6,102 bases of DNA, taken from positions 1 through 6,102 of IMG/VR virus record IMGVR_UViG_3300045988_009452; one strand, written 5' to 3'. Source of the DNA: a virus. Positions 4,664 through 6,102 of this stretch are shown piece by piece. Numbering within the stretch: the first letter of the stretch is position 1; every line of letters starts with the position of its first letter. The translations under genes and the position numbers were made by a program. The notes below the pieces were generated by a model, which was not told the origin of the DNA, did no database searches, and saw only the letters and a program-made list of their open reading frames with translations.

Positions 4664-5731
4664 TTATTTCTTTGTGAAAAAGTACTTTATAATTCCAAGC
4701 AACAATTTGCTATATTTACTATCCGCTCCAAGCTCGTTAAGCAGGTCTCCGAACGCTTTATCATTCTTCAGGTTCCAGTCCATTTCTTCATACTTCTTGG
4801 TATTGACTTTGTAGCCGTCTGTTTCGCCTTTTACAATTTCTTCCAGATTGTTAAACAGTCCTACGATTTTGTTTTGTTCGAAATCCGCTTTGTCAAACTT
4901 CATTCCAAGCTCTTTGAGTTCTGTTTTTAGTCCTTGTAACTCTTTCATTCCGAACAATTGTTCGTATGTTAGTTTGGCTCCATTTTGCTGTATTTCTGCG
5001 GCATTTCTCTTTATGTCATTAATCCATACCTGAAACTCTGCTAATTTGTTTTCGTTTTTCAACTTGTTGATTTGTTCGTCTATCTGTTCATTTGTCTTCT
5101 TTAGGTTGTTGATTTCTTGTTCTGCTTTTCCCGTGTTGACCTTTGTCGCATTGTTAGCTAGGTTCTTGGCTATAAGATCCAAACCTGCGCTAGCCATGTC
5201 TGTCGTTACTTTCTTCATAGTATCTGCTTTGATTGAGTTAGTCTGCGCTTTAGTTAACTCTATCTGTGCCTTTTGTGCTTCTGCTTGCAGTGCTACTTGT
5301 ATTCCCATCGGTTGCATCGGTGTTACTGCCGGCATCTGTCCTCCTGATGATGTAGCAGCTGTTGAACTCCCGCCTGCTCCTCCGCCACCATATAGTAACG
5401 CTGGATTCAGTCCTGCTGCTTCGTACCTTTCCTTTTCTGCTGTTGGGTTGTTGTATTCGTTCTGCTTGTCAAACGTATAGTCATACATTTCCCTTGCTAG
5501 GTTTTGGTTATATGCTGCGGTCTGTTTGTTGTAGTCGAATTGAAGGCCCATTCTTGCAAGTTCAGCTTCGTTTTGTTTATTGAACATCTCTCTCCCATAT
5601 TCAAACGCTTCTTGTTGCATTTTCCTTTGTTGGCGTGCGTTAATTCCTTGTCCTATAAGGCCCATTCCTCCGCCTAATACACCGGATAATAGGTTTGAAC
5701 CGCCACCTTTTAAAAAATCTAGAAATCTCAT
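4664..5731 (-). CDS. VP2: Minor capsid / DNA pilot protein, Microviridae VP2 (gpH-like), 355 aa
   Basis: It has a Gly-rich N-terminus, the ERYEAAGLNPALLYGGGGAGG block characteristic of microvirus VP2 proteins, and a long coiled-coil-like Q/K/E/N-rich C-terminal half. Its position between capsid and rep also fits. Confidence 0.85.
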   Translation of the reverse strand: MRFLDFLKGGGSNLLSGVLGGGMGLIGQGINARQQRKMQQEAFEYGREMFNKQNEAELARMGLQFDYNKQTAAYNQNLAREMYDYTFDKQNEYNNPTAEKERYEAAGLNPALLYGGGGAGGSSTAATSSGGQMPAVTPMQPMGIQVALQAEAQKAQIELTKAQTNSIKADTMKKVTTDMASAGLDLIAKNLANNATKVNTGKAEQEINNLKKTNEQIDEQINKLKNENKLAEFQVWINDIKRNAAEIQQNGAKLTYEQLFGMKELQGLKTELKELGMKFDKADFEQNKIVGLFNNLEEIVKGETDGYKVNTKKYEEMDWNLKNDKAFGDLLNELGADSKYSKLLLGIIKYFFTKK

Positions 5732-5739
5732 ATTTTTCG

Positions 5740-5849
5740 CGCTTTTTCTGAAAAAGCGATAAACTTTAACTTGATATATATGTACAGTTGCGTAAAACTA
5801 CGCAACCAACTTTGTTGTAATAGTATTAAGGGGAGCATAAACTCCCCTT
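5740..5849. promoter_or_regulatory. Three perfect 8-bp hairpins in the ORF106-VP2 intergenic region
   Basis: H1 is CGCTTTTT ctg AAAAAGCG at 5740-5758, ending 8 nt before the VP2 ATG. H2 is GTTGCGTA aaac TACGCAAC at 5787-5806. H3 is AAGGGGAG cataaa CTCCCCTT at 5828-5849, starting 4 nt after the ORF106 stop. Function not determined. Confidence 0.6.
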
Positions 5850-5853
5850 TTCT

Positions 5854-6102
5854 TTATGTACTCGGAACCTCTGCTTCGTCAGGTTCCGTCGGCGTATCCG
5901 TTTTTTTCGGTTCCATTCCTTTAGCTTTTAGAAGTTTTTGTTTGTTTCCTGCTTCCATTTTTTCTAACACCAGATCCCATTTGTCTGTTCTGATATTGAA
6001 TTGTGGTAATACTCCTTCTTTTTTTTCAGTGTAAACTAATGGCGCTCCGTCTTTTATCGGTTCTTTGTTTACTGTGATTCTTTTTACTTTCGTTTCAATT
6101 AA
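5854..6102 (-). CDS. 3' part of the same 106-aa junction-spanning ORF (6018-6102 duplicates 1-85)
   Basis: Frame continuity checked: position 6102 equals position 85 and is a codon first base. Stop TAA at 5856-5854. Confidence 0.6.
   Translation of the reverse strand, partial: LIETKVKRITVNKEPIKDGAPLVYTEKKEGVLPQFNIRTDKWDLVLEKMEAGNKQKLLKAKGMEPKKTDTPTEPDEAEVPST
6018..6102. repeat. Terminal direct repeat, copy 2 (assembly overlap of a circular genome)
   Basis: Identical to 1-85. It is coding sequence of the junction-spanning ORF, so it is an artefact of linearisation rather than a biological repeat. Confidence 0.97.

Larger units (their letters stand above)
1..6017 (-). other. One complete unit of a circular ssDNA Microviridae genome (about 6,017 nt), with all genes on the window minus strand
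   Basis: Microviridae hallmark trio (F/VP1-type capsid, VP2-type pilot protein, VP4-type HUH Rep) in a 6-kb unit. An exact terminal overlap closes the circle, and one ORF reads continuously across the junction. Confidence 0.9.

Overview
The window is one complete, circularly permuted genome of a small ssDNA phage of the family Microviridae. It belongs to a non-phiX lineage. Gene content and order (VP1, small ORF, VP2, VP4) resemble the Bacteroidota-associated Alpavirinae-type microviruses. Bases 1-85 are identical to 6018-6102, so the unit genome is about 6,017 nt and the window is an assembly with terminal overlap. Every credible gene is on the window minus strand. There are four small, tightly packed ORFs (73, 58, 66 and 85 aa), of which the 66-aa one has a lipoprotein-type signal. 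These are followed by the 638-aa major capsid protein, a 106-aa ORF that spans the circular junction, a 355-aa VP2-like pilot/minor capsid protein and a 319-aa HUH rolling-circle Rep (VP4). The unusual part is the non-coding DNA, about 0.9 kb of 6.0 kb by my count. The rep gene is bracketed by two hairpin-dense modules (3270-3470 and 4391-4660) that are roughly 54-55 percent G+C by hand count, in an otherwise AT-rich genome. Transcriptionally downstream of rep and module A lie two iteron families (4 x GTTCATAAC, and 4 x TTATCAACA, which is DnaA-box-like) and a Bacteroidota-style -33/-7 promoter. A third intergenic region (5732-5853) holds three 8-bp hairpins. I saw no tRNA, rRNA, CRISPR array, integrase or transposase. 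All functional readings of the non-coding elements are inference from sequence inspection only.
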